DNA from: Callorhinchus milii | Lineage: Eukaryota | Assembly: GCF_018977255.1 (NCBI RefSeq) | Contig: NW_024704843.1 | Coordinates: 62,001 to 126,000 of the forward strand | Length of the DNA stretch: 64,000 nucleotides | Direction of reading: 5' to 3' | Shown: positions 50,072-63,649 of the stretch, piece by piece | How the letters are laid out: each line of letters starts with the position of its first letter | How positions within the stretch are numbered: position 1 is the first letter of the stretch | Notes under the pieces: model-generated | Database searches by the model: none | What the model saw: the letters and a program-made list of their open reading frames with translations, nothing else | Told to the model about the DNA's origin: nothing | Program-made: the position numbers and the translations under genes

Positions 50072-50383
50072 AATGCGAGGATCCATCTGGAGGTGTGAAG
50101 ATCTATTTCCTGCCACCTGCACAGCGACAGGTTTTGATGGATTCCTCTGTAACGCTAACATGTGTAGTGGTTAATGCACCACTTCACGTCAACGTGACTT
50201 GGACACAAGGAAATACACATTTGCAGTCTGCATATGGGAAAACTTCTGCCACTGAACCTCAGAAAGTGATCAGTAAATTAAACATTTCTGTATCAGACTG
50301 GAACAGTGGTAAAGAATACTTCTGTATAGCCAGCCATGATGATATACCATCTCCCATCAGAGAGAAGACTTTTAAGAAGACAG
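50072..50383 (+). CDS. IGHM: Cmu3 exon, copy 2
   Basis: Intact splice sites and open frame; 7 substitutions versus copy 1 by eye (4 synonymous). Confidence 0.85.
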
Positions 50384-50640
50384 GTGAGGAGTGAAAAATA
50401 ATGTACGTGTTTATTATAATTCCAGAATATAGGAAAACCACTGGGTGCAAATAATAAATTGCTTTCGAGAGATTTCAATCAACATCCGTGTTCCCATTCG
50501 CACCAGCAATTACAAACAGCTGAACGCAGTCTGAACAGAAAAACACATCAATCTCAGCTTATTCTGCAGTCTGTTATGCTTTAAAGTTTTCTCTGATGGA
50601 GCCCTTTCAGTCTATTGATTCTATTGTGTTCTTCCAACAG

Positions 50641-50987
50641 TGGAGCACGTGAAACAACCTTCAGTGTATCTCCTCCTCCCGTCGGCAGAAGAATTGTCTG
50701 CTCAGCAGTCTGTCACCCTCACCTGCCTGGTGAAGGACTTCGCTCCCAAAGACATCTTTGTGCAGTGGACTGAGAATGACCAGGTGATTGATTACAGTAA
50801 CTACAAGAACACTGATGTGATGCCAGACAGTGCAGAGCGCAACTACTCCATGTACAGCATGTTGTCCATCTCAGCCGGAGACTGGGACAGAGGAAACTCC
50901 TACGCCTGTGTGGTCGGACATGAAACTTACCCATCGAAGACTCTGACCAGATCCGTTAATAAATTCAGCGGTAAACCGTGTTTGTAA
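50641..50987 (+). CDS. IGHM: Cmu4 exon, copy 2 (50641-50970), with a frameshifted secretory tail (GKPCL*)
   Basis: Domain open and TM donor GTAAAC intact at 50971; a 1-nt deletion in the T run gives TAA at 50985-50987. Confidence 0.85.
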
Positions 50988-53439
50988 ATATTCCCTTGTC
51001 CTGTTGGACACCGTGAGTGCCTTTCAGTGAGTGTCCCTCAGTACCATGTTGCTTGTTTTCTTATGCACCCCCCTCCCTCCCATTGCATTGACTGTTTGTT
51101 TGCATGAACAAGTAACACAAATAAAGATTATAGCTGCATTGATGTGTCAGGTACAGAGAGGATGATTTGCAATTAATTTCACTGTCAACTTCCATAGCAA
51201 GGACAAGTAGATCCATTTGTTGATGCGATGTTAGCATCAAGTTAATAGGATAGTGAGGTTGGTTTGTATACTCTTAATCATGTTGATGGGTTTCCACTTG
51301 TCATGCACCCGTGTGACCCAAAAAAAGTTAATAGTCCCAAATTATTCTACTTAACTTGCTACAGCCCAACTCAGACTGGATTTTCTTTGCAGTTTGATTC
51401 AGAATCTAACAGTGAAGCTACACCTGTTCCTTTCCAACATATTTTCTTTCCCACTGAATAGCATCGCATTCCACATGTAACAACATCGCAGATGTAAACT
51501 CCGGCTTTTTATTGCTACATTTCCATTAAAAGTATATACTTCTCACATTGAAACTGATCCGAATACAGGAAAATGTTCATTTAAACATAAGCTTAGCCAT
51601 ACATGGACATTGTAACCAAATGCAATCATTCAAACTCACATCCACACATACTCACACACAACATCATATCCATCCAGGCCCACACACACTCACGTGTCCA
51701 CCCATGTTCACAAACACACACATATACACACACAGAGACACAGACACACAAACTCACATCCTCCCAGGGCCCACACACACATACACTCACACATCCCCGC
51801 AGATCCACACATGCAGACACTTGCAGACGCAAACTCACGTCCACCCAGTCCCACACACACTCACACACACTCACACATCCACCCTGGCTCACACAAACGC
51901 ACATATATCCACATCCAAACAATCCACTACACATTTCCGCACACACACTTACTGGGCCGACACATTCACACTGATTTCCATTAAGGCCCACAGATACTCA
52001 CACACACCCACTTCCATCCAGGCCCCCATCAGCTCACACTCACCCAGGCCCACGCACACTTAAACACACTCACATACCCATATTTACAATTAATTACACA
52101 GACAACTTGACACATTTACATCCATCAAGGCAGACACTCATACACGCTTACATCAACCCATGTCGCCACACAAATACATACATGCAGGAACACGCACATA
52201 TACACATATATACACATCCACGAATGACCACACACACAGACGCACACTCTCCCAAGCCAATACAAAATCAATAGCGCTATGGGTGAACCTTTTTAAATTT
52301 AATCCTCATTTACTTTAGTTAATTTACAGAGACGTTCGTGCCGGTTCCTACAATAATATTAACGATTGTGAAATCGACATGGCTATCCATGATAAAAGAG
52401 ATGATGGTCTAATAGCGTTGTTAGACACCGTCAGGAATAACTTTGGCAATTGTGTAAGATTGCAGACCCCTTAGCAGAGTTGGCCGAAAAGTGGAATTGC
52501 AGTTCAATATCAGTAACTGCTTCTGTTATAAGTGACGAGTGGAAAACCTGGAGTAATAGTCAATGGGAGCGCATATCAAATGCAGTAAAAATGGACCCTG
52601 TGTTTTTTGTTGGGCAATCGACTGTTCATTAAACATAAATTTACCAGGATTATGGGTGGTGTACAGTGTGCGGTTCTGGGCATTTTATTAAACAAAGGAA
52701 ATAAGAACTCCTGAGAGGGTTTTGGGAAGATTCACAAAGGTCAATAGAGATGGTACCTGTGACTGACGTTACTGTGTTGAGGAATAGCTTCACATAGCGC
52801 GGCTGCTCTCGAAAGGAAAGAGCAGGTAAATCAGAAAGGGAAGATCAGCAAATACAAGTTTTCAAATGTATTTAAGTTTTGAAAGGCTGATACAGCGAAA
52901 GGCGATTGTATCCATAAAAATGGGTATAAGTGGTCCAGGAAATTCACTGTAAAATATAATGGCAAAGTCGATTTTTATATCGAGAATTGTTTAGAATAGA
53001 GAAATCTTCACCACAGCATTATAATGTAAAGGAATTTCAAATATATTTGAACAGAGACTATGTGAACTTGCAATAGGGCAGAAAGAAAGGTGGAATTGAA
53101 GGATTGGATTAGATCTGTCCTTTCACTACCAACAGAGTCTCAATGGGAGAACTTCCTTCTTTCTGCATTTCCTCAAATTGAGCTTTCCCAAAGTGTTCCT
53201 CAAATTCTTCCGCGGAATCTATATTGAGAGGAATATACTATAAAATAATGTTTTTCTTCATTTGCCTTTGAATTAAAAGTTTGGAAGAAATGGTATGAAG
53301 TTCAGTGTTGTTTAATAGACGGAGAGAGCCCTTAAATATCTCGGAATCTCTACATACGTTAATAATATAACACGAAAAACAAGAAATGTCTGAGTTGTCA
53401 ATGCGCTCTGAAGATTTTTCCCTCTTTATAACCTCACAG

Positions 53440-53570
53440 ATTTGCCAAACGAGATGATGCTGGAAGGATTTCAAGAAGTTCAGTGTGACAACCTCTGGCC
53501 TACTGCTTCCACCTTCATCATCTTCTTCTTTTTTAACATTTTCTACAGCGCTATCGTAACTCTTTTTAAG
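53440..53570 (+). CDS. IGHM: TM1 exon, module a, copy 2; TM2 at 53700-53735 (AKILVNGLCIG*)
   Basis: Intact splice sites; DLPNEMM...TASTFIIFFFFNIFYSAIVTLFK. Confidence 0.85.
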
Positions 53571-55222
53571 GTGAGGAGAGTAAATGCATTGAGGCCACGA
53601 TGTCGTGCAACAGCTGCTGTTGAATATTCGGTGCATGGAAAGGCTAATAGTGAAGCTCATTGCAACCACTCTGTTGGCAAACTCAAACTCTACCTACAGG
53701 CCAAGATTCTTGTAAATGGGCTGTGTATAGGGTGATCCTAATATCTCATCGCCCTTGCACACCCTATCACACCTGGCATATGCTCACCTGCTATAGACAC
53801 AGGCAAGGTGCAAGGATTACTGTCTGTGTCAGGCCCCAGCAGACAAATACAAATTCACACAGAATCAGTTGGACCCTTGTGTATCCGTGTGTGTGCATAA
53901 CAATGATAATAATAATACTCCTTGCATTTGATATAGCTCTTTGCACTTCGGGAGGACGTCACCAAGCGCTTCACAGAACATACTGTAATGTGAATTGAGT
54001 GTATATTTGTGGGCCAACGCGGCAGCCGATTGCGCACAACAATGTCACACAAACAGTCATGGATTCAAAATGACCAATTTTTTTTTTTGTTTGTTTTTGG
54101 GAGGGATTATTATTAGGCGTATGTTGGTATGTTTGTGTGTGTTTACCTGTTTGGATTGATATACACTTATAAACACAAGCTTGAATATCATGACATCTTT
54201 ATTTTTATTTTCCAGGTAAAATGAATTCATTAAGATCAGCTTCAACGATGTGTCCCGTCCGTTTGTGCTTAACAACAGCGTCGTGTGAAAGATTACGCGC
54301 TGCCTTTTTTCACTCATTGTGCAAATCACTTAAATTAAACATTGTATTGTGCAACTACTTGAATATTAGTGGCTTTTGTTATTGTTAGTTTATTTTACAA
54401 TGTGCCTTTAGGTAACAATAACTGAAGTTGTTACTGTTACGCCTCTCTGATATTCTCTATTTGCTGTTTCCCATTTTTTCGTGTAAAGAAACAGAAAGTT
54501 AGTGGCTGAGATAATTTGTCCTCTCATTTTAATCTGAAGCTGAATTTTTGATTCTGCTCCGGTTTCATATTATCTCCACATTCTGTCTGTTGTTTGCCAG
54601 AAGCATCAATAAAAATATTACAAATTCAATGATCTGTTTGTTTCCTCTTTCCTGTTCCCTTTGTGTCAATTGTGCCTTGCCGTTGCTTTCCAAATTATTC
54701 TGATTCCCAGTAAATCAGCATTAAACAAAAACTGTTGAATTTAATGTCAAACTTCAGTTGCAGCTGTGCTGAGAACACTAAAGGCGATGATAGTTCCGCT
54801 TGAGATGGTTCTTCGCTCCAGTGAACAGCAGCTTTTTCCTTCCCATATTGATCAGCCCCTCACCAAGACACAGCATCAGACACATGACTATTCCAATATA
54901 GTAACATGCAGCTCTGTGTTACAGTATTTATAGCAAATGTGAGAGCGCAATCTGTTTTATACATCGACAGAGCTTTATCTCCTGCCTGTGCTGAGCTGGA
55001 CAATCTGACCAGGGCAGCACCTCAATTGGAGACCATAAAGCCCAAATTCCTGCTGCGACGTTGGCCCATACACCTCTTCACAGGTCATACTGTGAAAATC
55101 ATGGGGACGTCCTGCTGGTGTGAGAGACACTGAACCAAACACAGTGATACTTATCATTGTTATTGATAACGACATAAACCTCACGGGCTGCAATACAATA
55201 GTATTTTGGATCTAATAGGCCT

Positions 55223-55332
55223 AAACATTCCCACTGAAGACCCTGACCAGAAAGGTTAATAAATCTAGTGGAAAATCGAGTGTTGTAAACATTTCCCTTG
55301 TCCTGAAGGACAGCGTCAATGCCTGTCAATGA
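55223..55332 (+). pseudogene. IGHM: Remnant Cmu4 end plus secretory tail, module b, copy 2
   Basis: Duplicate of 43377-43486; the donor is also absent (GTG|GAAAAT). Confidence 0.8.
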
Positions 55333-57902
55333 GTGTCTCTCAATACCATTTTTCTTTATCGTTTAGGCATGCACCTCCTTAACATTGCATTGACTGTTTG
55401 GTTTCATGACAAAGTAACTCATATAGAGATTACAGTTGCACTGATGAGTCAGCTACAGCGGGCATGATTTACAACTTATTACACCGACAACTTCTATAAT
55501 AAGGAGAGATACAATCTTTCTTTGAGGCGATTTGAACATCAATTTAATGGAACTATCAGATTGGTATGTGTGCTATTAAGCAGTTTGATGGGTTAACACG
55601 TGTCAGAAACAGGGTTGATCAAAAAAAGGCGCTAATGCTCCCAAATTAATCTACATTAATTGCTACCACCCAATCTAGGACTAGATTTTATTTGCAGTTT
55701 CATTTAGAATTGCACAAGTCAGCTACACCTGTTCCTTTCCATGATCCTTTGTTTCCACCGAATAGCATCGCAATCCGCATGCAACAGCATCTCTGCTGAA
55801 AGCAGCGACCTTTTATACTACATTTCCTTTAGAGTAAATACTTCTTACACAGAACTGTTCCGGGTACTGGAAAATGTTCACTTAAACACACGCTTAGCCG
55901 TACTTTTACATTGTAAGTTAACGCATTGATTCACACTCACATCCACACACCCTCACACACACAATCATGTCGACCGACACCCACAATCATTCACATGTCC
56001 ACCCAGGTTCACAAACACAGAGACTCACACAAACACAGACACACAATCTCACATCCACCCAGGCTCACACACTCATACATCCACCTCGGATCACACAAAC
56101 TCGCACATACTCGCACCCAAACAAGTACTCACACATTCCCGCACACACAATTACAGGGGCCAACACATACTCACACTTACATCCATTAAGGCCGAGACAC
56201 TCACACAAATAGGATTCCATCCAGTTCCATACAAACTCACACGCAACCAGGCCGACTCACACTTACTTACACGCACACATCCAGCATCCCACACCTACAC
56301 ATTCACATCCACCAAGGCTCCCACACAATTATACAGACTGAATTCCATGCAGGCTCACACACACTGTCACATAAGCAATTCCATGCAGGCCCACACACTG
56401 TCACCGAAATCCGTACATACTCAAACACACTCAGATCCCAGGTTCACACACAACTGCATACAGGCACACACAAACACACACACAGACACACATACTCACG
56501 TGCACTCACACTCAACAAGGACCATACACATTCGCACACACCCACAAAAACCCAGATTCCCTCGCATCCATCAATGCCCACATACACTCACAAACCACTC
56601 ACGCTCACCCAGGCCAACACACTCAATATCGCTCTGGAAGAATCCTGTTACACTTAATCCTGAGTTACTTTAGTTGATTTACACAGACGGTTTTGCCGGA
56701 TACTCCACTGCTTTACTATAATATGAACGGTTTTCAAATCGACATGTTACTATTTGTAGAATTATTGATGATAGCATAATAGCAGTGTGGGTCACAGTCA
56801 GGAGCAACATGGGCAATTGCTTAAAATTACAGATCTTTTAGCTCAATTGGAATTGCACTTGTTGATTAAATCAGCAGGAAAACCTTCTGTTTCAGGGCAG
56901 TGTGGAATATTTGGATCATAGGTCGATAGACCATATTTCAAAAGGTCAATTAAATATGAATATGAATGTCAATTAAGTATGAAGTTAGTAGGATTCTGGG
57001 TAGAGTACAGATTGCGGTTCTGGGCATTTAATTAAACAGAGGATATACGAGCAGCTGAGAGGATTTTTGGGAGATTCACAAAGATCACTAAAGATGACGC
57101 CTGTGATTGACGTTACAGTGATGAGGATCCGCTTCAAACATTGTGGCTGCTCTCGAAAAAGAGACGGTAAAAGAGAAAGGGAAGATAAGCAAATACAATC
57201 TTTCAAATTTATTAATTTTTTAAAGAATGATGCAGTGAAAGGCGACACAAGCATATAAAACATCCAGGAAAATCACCGTGAAATATAAAAGCTCAGTCGA
57301 ATTTTATACCGAGAACATAAGAACATAACAATTAGGAGAAGGATTAGGCCATTCGGCCCCACGAGCCTGCCCCGCCATTTGATAAGATCATGGTTGATCT
57401 TCAGACTTAACTGTAATAACCTGCCCTATCCCCATATCCCCTAATTCCTCTATTGTTAAAAATCTATCAGTTTCAGCCTTGTTCATCATTTCAATATCAA
57501 AATGTAAAGGAATTCTAAATGGTATTTGAACAGTGACGATGTGAACTTGCAATAGAACAGACAGGAAGGTGGAATTGGAGCATTGGAGTAGATCTGTCCT
57601 TTTACGACGAGCACAATCCCAATGGGAGCATTTCCTTCCTTATGTATTTCCTCAAATTTTTGACAAGTGTTCCACAGATTCTTCTCTAAATTCTATAATT
57701 GAGAGGAACAAACAATGAAACAATTGTTTTCTTTATTTCTCTTCCTATTAAAAGTTTGGAAGAATCTGCATATGTTTCTGTGCAGCTTAACAAAGGGATT
57801 GACTATGAAACTGAAAATACATTAATAATTCAACAGGAAAAATAAGAATTGTCTCAGGATTCATTTCGCTCTGAAGATATTTGCCCGTATTTGTCCTCAC
57901 AG

Positions 57903-58033
57903 CTTTCCCAATCGAGATAATTCTGGAAAGTTTTCAAGCAGTTCAATGTGACAGCCTCTGGCCTACTGCTTCCAACTACATCATTTTCTTCTTCCTGAAT
58001 ATTTTCTACTACCCCACCGTCACTCTACTTGAG
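57903..58033 (+). CDS. IGHM: Diverged TM1 exon, module b, copy 2; TM2-like at 58163-58198
   Basis: Translation identical to 46032-46162; splice sites intact. Confidence 0.65.
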
Positions 58034-58991
58034 GTGAGGAGAGTAAATGCATTGACGCCATGATGTGGTGTAACAGCTGCTTTCAAATACTTGGTCCATG
58101 GGAATCCTGATAGTGATGCTCATTGCAACCACTCTGGTGCGAATCTCAACCTGCACCTACAGGCAACGATCCTTGTGACTGGGCTGTGTGTAGGGTGATC
58201 AAAATATCCTATCACCCTTACACAGCCTATCACACCTGGCATATGCTCACCTCCTATGGACATGGGCAAGGGGCAATGGTTATTTAAAGATTTAGTGTAT
58301 CTCTGAGTTATTGTGGACAATGTGAAGCATGTCGAAGGCTTTCCGTGGAATGTTTGCGAATCCAGAAATTGCAACAGTTAACAGCCATTTATTTAAAGTC
58401 AGTCTTGGATCAGTTCCTTGTATCAAGTACAGGCAACTGGCGGCAGTATTTCTACTGATATCAAAGATTTGCCAAATACATCAAATTTCCAATTGTTACG
58501 TAAATAAAATAAATCTCTACCATTTTGTAATTCGGCCCATGAACCCTTTCCTTATTAAGGAGAATCATCCCAGTACGACTCTTCCTTTAACTCACGACTA
58601 TGTGCAGGCCTTTAGTGTACAAATCCAAGAACATTTGCAGCATGTGATGGAAATCTCGGAAGAAAAGTGTTCTGCCACAAAAGAAGGTTGTTCATCACTG
58701 AGATGCCACAGCAGCACAGACTATGGCATGATATAGCTCCTTAGAAGACAAACAGAATGTTGGGCGACAACCTGAACCAGTTTAGGCCCAGATACTCAGA
58801 AAGCATCATCAAGATGCACATATGTTTTTCAGGCTGCACCTGTTCAATACTGAGTTTCCAAGGTGAAAGCGCTGGACAAGAGACAGCACAGAGATCGATG
58901 ACGCTCATTCCCACAATCTGAATGATGTTCTAATATATGTTATGATGCATGTTTTCCCGCTTGACTGTGTGAGTGTGTGTTGGAAAGGGAG

Positions 58992-59030
<39 letters not shown>

Positions 59031-61995
59031 AAGAGAGGGAGAGAGAGAGAGAGAGGGAAGCTGGTTGGGGAACATTTTTGCACCAAGAGGTACAGGAATC
59101 AGGACTCTGTTTGGGGGAAAAATAATTTCAACATCACTCAGTGGGTTAGACTTGGGGGTGGGTTGGTGGTGGTGGTGATTTTGGATGAAGGAGGGGCAGT
59201 GGAGGAATGGTAGTGTGTATTTCTTAGTACTGGCTCCAACAAGTTATGCATCGTCTGGCTTGATCCCTGCTTTTTGGCCGGTTTGAACTATCCTATAAGT
59301 TACTGATTTGCCTTGAAGGGTTAACAAGATCTAAATTGAAAGCATCTCAAATGCCTTTCTTGTCCAGTTTGACTCTCTCGTCCTGGCAATGAGGCAGTGT
59401 CGCTGGTTTGTCAACAGCAGCGAATAGAATACTAAGGACTGACTTGTCTCAGGAACAGTTGTGATCGAGACCACCACAAAGGCTCAGTATTGAACTTCCC
59501 ATATATTGTTTCCAAGTATTCCAACCTGGAGTCAGTTCAGGACCAATGAGCACCTTTTCAGCTCCCCTGGTTTCCAGAACCATATCCAAATTATAATGCA
59601 ACAAATGTATATACAATTGATAACTATGAGACAAATTAACTACAAGAAACACTGGACTGAATACTACTGCCACAAGTACTGCGGTTCAAACAGCATTTAC
59701 AAGAAATGATTCATAATCGACGCGTGGTGATCTGAAATGAAGTCATTTTCTGATTTGCAGGAAACACCTGTAGTTTCTGACTCTAATTTAAACCGGTTTC
59801 CTCTGAATATGAAACTGACCCGAAACCTTCTGCAACAAACGGTTAAAAAATACTGCACCAAACAACACAGAGTATTTTCCACCCATGCCTTATGACTGTG
59901 TAAATAAAATAATTGTCAAAGGATCAGATATGATTCTCCAATGGAAATAGAAACTCTTTATTATTATCAGATTATATTTCATACCACAGCAATTATCTTA
60001 ACTGACAGTAGACCGTTAGCAATTGCCAGAATATATATATACATCAAACCTTACATTTTCTACACGTTAATGTTTAACTAAAATATCTTGGATATTTAAA
60101 GTTTGTGTAAGTGTCATCTTCCCACATAAATTGTAAATTTGAGAATTAAAACAAATATTTGAAACACGTTGCAGGTGAATCAGCACCAGAGAAAATAACA
60201 ACTTGCAGTTTTTATCATGGAAGCTTTATTGTAGATTAGCAGCTACATGGTTAACAAGTGTGACTGCAGAACAGAACCTTTTCGTTTAATAAAATTAATC
60301 TTCTCTAAACGCTCATTTTAGAGACTATTAATACGATGCCAAATTATTCAGGAAATATTATAAATTTCATGTCTAAGAATTTTCAACCAAGCGGTTGGGA
60401 AATAAATAAATTGTTTTATTCTGTCAGTCTCAGTGCTGAGGTTACCCTTATTTTTGTCCATCAATATGACTCATTTTGCTCATTCCCCACATTGAGAACC
60501 AAACTCAGATTACATGGCTAAACGCATGCCCTAACTGGCTCAGTGTCAGCACTCTCGCCTGTCAGTCAAGAAGCGGTGGGTTCAAGACCTATGTTTGCAC
60601 GTGGGACTGGTCAAGTCCAGGCCGACACTGCAATACATTGCACGCCTGTATTTTAGGAGATTTGGTCTGTCCGTTTCTCTGGATGTTAAAGATCCTGTAA
60701 CTCTAAATTGATACAAAAGTGAATATCTCAGGGAATTGAGGCCAACAATCCCAAGTTTACAATACCATGTTACCTTGGTAATGATGCTTACATTTATTTT
60801 GCGCCTGGTCACATCTAAAAGACGTCTCAACGCGCTTCACAGAATATACTGTAATGTGAATTGATTGTATATGTTGTTGGAAAATGCGATGCAGAAATCC
60901 GTATAGCTGTGCCCACATACAGTCGGGGATTGAAATGACCAATTTATTATTATTATTATTTTATTATTATTACTTTATCTTGATTGTTAATAATATTTGC
61001 ATTGCAGACTCCATATTATCAGCTTGTTGAGGCATTTCACAGTAGGACAGGAAAAATCTATCTCCTTGTTTCGAATAAATATACAGTCAAATATGCAGTC
61101 AAATATACACAAATATACAGTCAATTCACTTTACAGTGTGTTCTGTGAAGCGCTTTGGGACGTCCGCCCGACGTGAAAAGCGCTATATCAAATACAAGGA
61201 TTATTATTATTATTATAATGCCCTGAGATTTTTAACTTCAACCTGAACTGGCCAACAAACCTCGATGTAACGCCCGTATGCTTGATAGCTGCTTCACAAC
61301 GCAGTCGAGACCGAGCACCGTGTTTAATAATATAATAATAATTGGGAGTGTACATTTTTCTCTTGATCGTAGAACCAAAAACCTTTACAGCATAGAAAAG
61401 GTTAATTGCTCCACTGTAAGTCTGATGGCTCTTTTAAGAGCAATCCTTCTGATCGCATTTTAATGCCCTATATTTGGTTCCCTTTCACCTTTGTCTCTGA
61501 CTCTCCTTTGACTTGTAACATGAATTATTGCACAATCACTGCTGCCGACAGACCAGCCCATATTCTAACGAGTCTGTAAGAGAAAAGCAATGTGTGGGCA
61601 TCGCCGTTTGCTCATTTTTGTTAGTCACCTCAATTAACACAGTCACAGCAACAAAACCTTGCCCTTATTCAGTGCTCTCAACACGGGTTAGCGTCTCAGA
61701 GCGCTCCAATCAGTTAGTCACTGCTTCACAGTGGGAATCATGTCTCTATGTTTCCTATGTTAAAACGCTTGATCATTTGAGGTACTTCTATCAGGTCATC
61801 CCTCAGATTTGATTCAACTGCTCTGATGGATCGGATCAGACTGTCCACCATTCCCAGATATTCTGAGGTTAATCTGCACTGAGGACTCGAGAAGTGCAAG
61901 TTGTTCATGTTGTGTATGTGCAACGATCTGTATCCAGGCTCACTGACTGAAGTAACACATTACCTAGTTAATAAATCCCCATGGGGCACACTAAG

Positions 61996-62334
61996 TAATA
62001 ATAATAATACTAATAATAACAATAATCCTTGCATTTGACATAGCGCTTTTCACGTCGGGGGGACGTCCCAAAGCGCTTCACAGAACACACTGTAAAGTGA
62101 ATTGACTGTATATTTGTGGGCGAACGCGGCAGCCAATTGCGTACAGCAATGTCCCACAAACAGTCGTGGATTGAAAATAACCAATTTATTATTGTTTTTG
62201 GTTTTGGAGGGATTATTATTAGGCTCTGTGTGGAGTAAGGAAACTTGCCCAAGGTTTCACCCTCTGCCTGGAATTGAACTCAGGTCTCTCACTTACAAAG
62301 CGAGTGCTCTGACCACTGAGCTACAGGACTCCAC
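61996..62334 (-). mobile_element. Full-length, well-preserved tRNA-derived SINE
   Basis: Reverse complement of the 13186-13497 type, with a complete head (gtggagtcctgtagctcagtggtcagagcactcgc) and (TTA)n tail. Confidence 0.9.
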
Positions 62335-62339
62335 TGTAA

Positions 62340-63560
62340 AGGCCCTGACATACACACATACACACAAAAACATACACACAACCGCAAGTATGCATACACA
62401 CACACACAAACATACAATCAGCAACAATCTCAGCACTGGGGGCACATTGCAGCCTCTGACACACACACAAACACACGCACACACGCACATGTACTCACAA
62501 TCAGCGCTACCCTCAGGAATGGGAGCAGATTGCATGCTCTGAGACACACAGACACACACAAACACGCACACACAGCGCCTTCCTGAGCACTGGGGACACA
62601 TTACATGTTCTGAAACAAACACACACACACTCACACACACACAGAGGTCTACACCCTCAACACTGGGAGCACATTACAGGCTCTGACACACACAGACACA
62701 CACAAACACATCCACTGACAGCTCCACCCTGAGCACTGGGGACACATTACAGGCTCTGACACACTCACACAGACACACACGCACACACACAACTACCGGG
62801 TCTCTCAGCACTGTTGGCACATTATAGGTTCTGAAGCAAGAACACACACATCAACAGCGCTACCTCAGCACTGGGAGCACATTAACGGCGAGGAAATAAA
62901 CAGCCACACACAAACACACACGATAACAGCGCGACCCTGAGCATTGGGGCATATTACGTCCTGTGACTCACACACACACACATAAACACACCCACAAACA
63001 ACGCCACCCTCAGGGATTGGGGGCACATTACAGCCTCTGACACACTCGCATGCACACACACACATACAAGCATACACAATCAACGCCACCCTCAGCACTT
63101 GGGGCACATTACAGCCTCTGACACACTCGCATGCACACACACACACACAAGCATACACAATCAACGCCACCCTCAGCACTGTGGAATATTACAGGCTCTG
63201 GCACACAAACAGCACAAACACAAACAAACACAGACAAGCCGCGCCATCCTCAGCGCCGCTGGCACATTACAGGCTCTGACACACACATATGCACAAAGAC
63301 ACAAAGACACACAGAAAAAGAGCTCCACACTCAGAACGGTGTGTACATTATACGCTCTGACGCACAAACACACACATACAGGGCCATCCTCAGCACTGTG
63401 GGCACATTAGGGGCTCTGAAACACACACACTCACACACACAGACACACAGACACAAACAGCGCCACGCTCAGCAGAGGGGGCATGTTACAGCCTCTGAAA
63501 CACACACACACACACGCAAACACTAAATTACCGCCATCCGCAACACTCTGTGTATATTAT
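62340..63560. repeat. Composite minisatellite: cagcgccaccctcagcactgggggcacattacaggctctgac core separated by variable (CA)n
   Basis: Roughly 15 recurrences of the core. Confidence 0.9.
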
Positions 63561-63649
63561 AGGCTCCGACATTCACAATCACACATAGTGAAAAACAGCG
63601 CCACCATAAGCAGTGGCAATAATCTTTCCATTCTCCGTGGGTACCAGTG

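Larger units (their letters stand above)
49419..61180 (+). repeat. Second copy of the ~11.8 kb segment 37573-49315 (offset 11845-11871)
   Basis: Collinear ORF pairs, e.g. 38795/50640, 41597/53442, 46010/57881, 48471/60336. The copies meet at the 49316-49345 gap. Confidence 0.95.

Noticed and set aside
62270-62334. tRNA gene-like sequences (also 13186, 32270, 36585)
   Set aside because: They continue directly into SINE bodies and tails; these are SINE heads, not tRNA genes.
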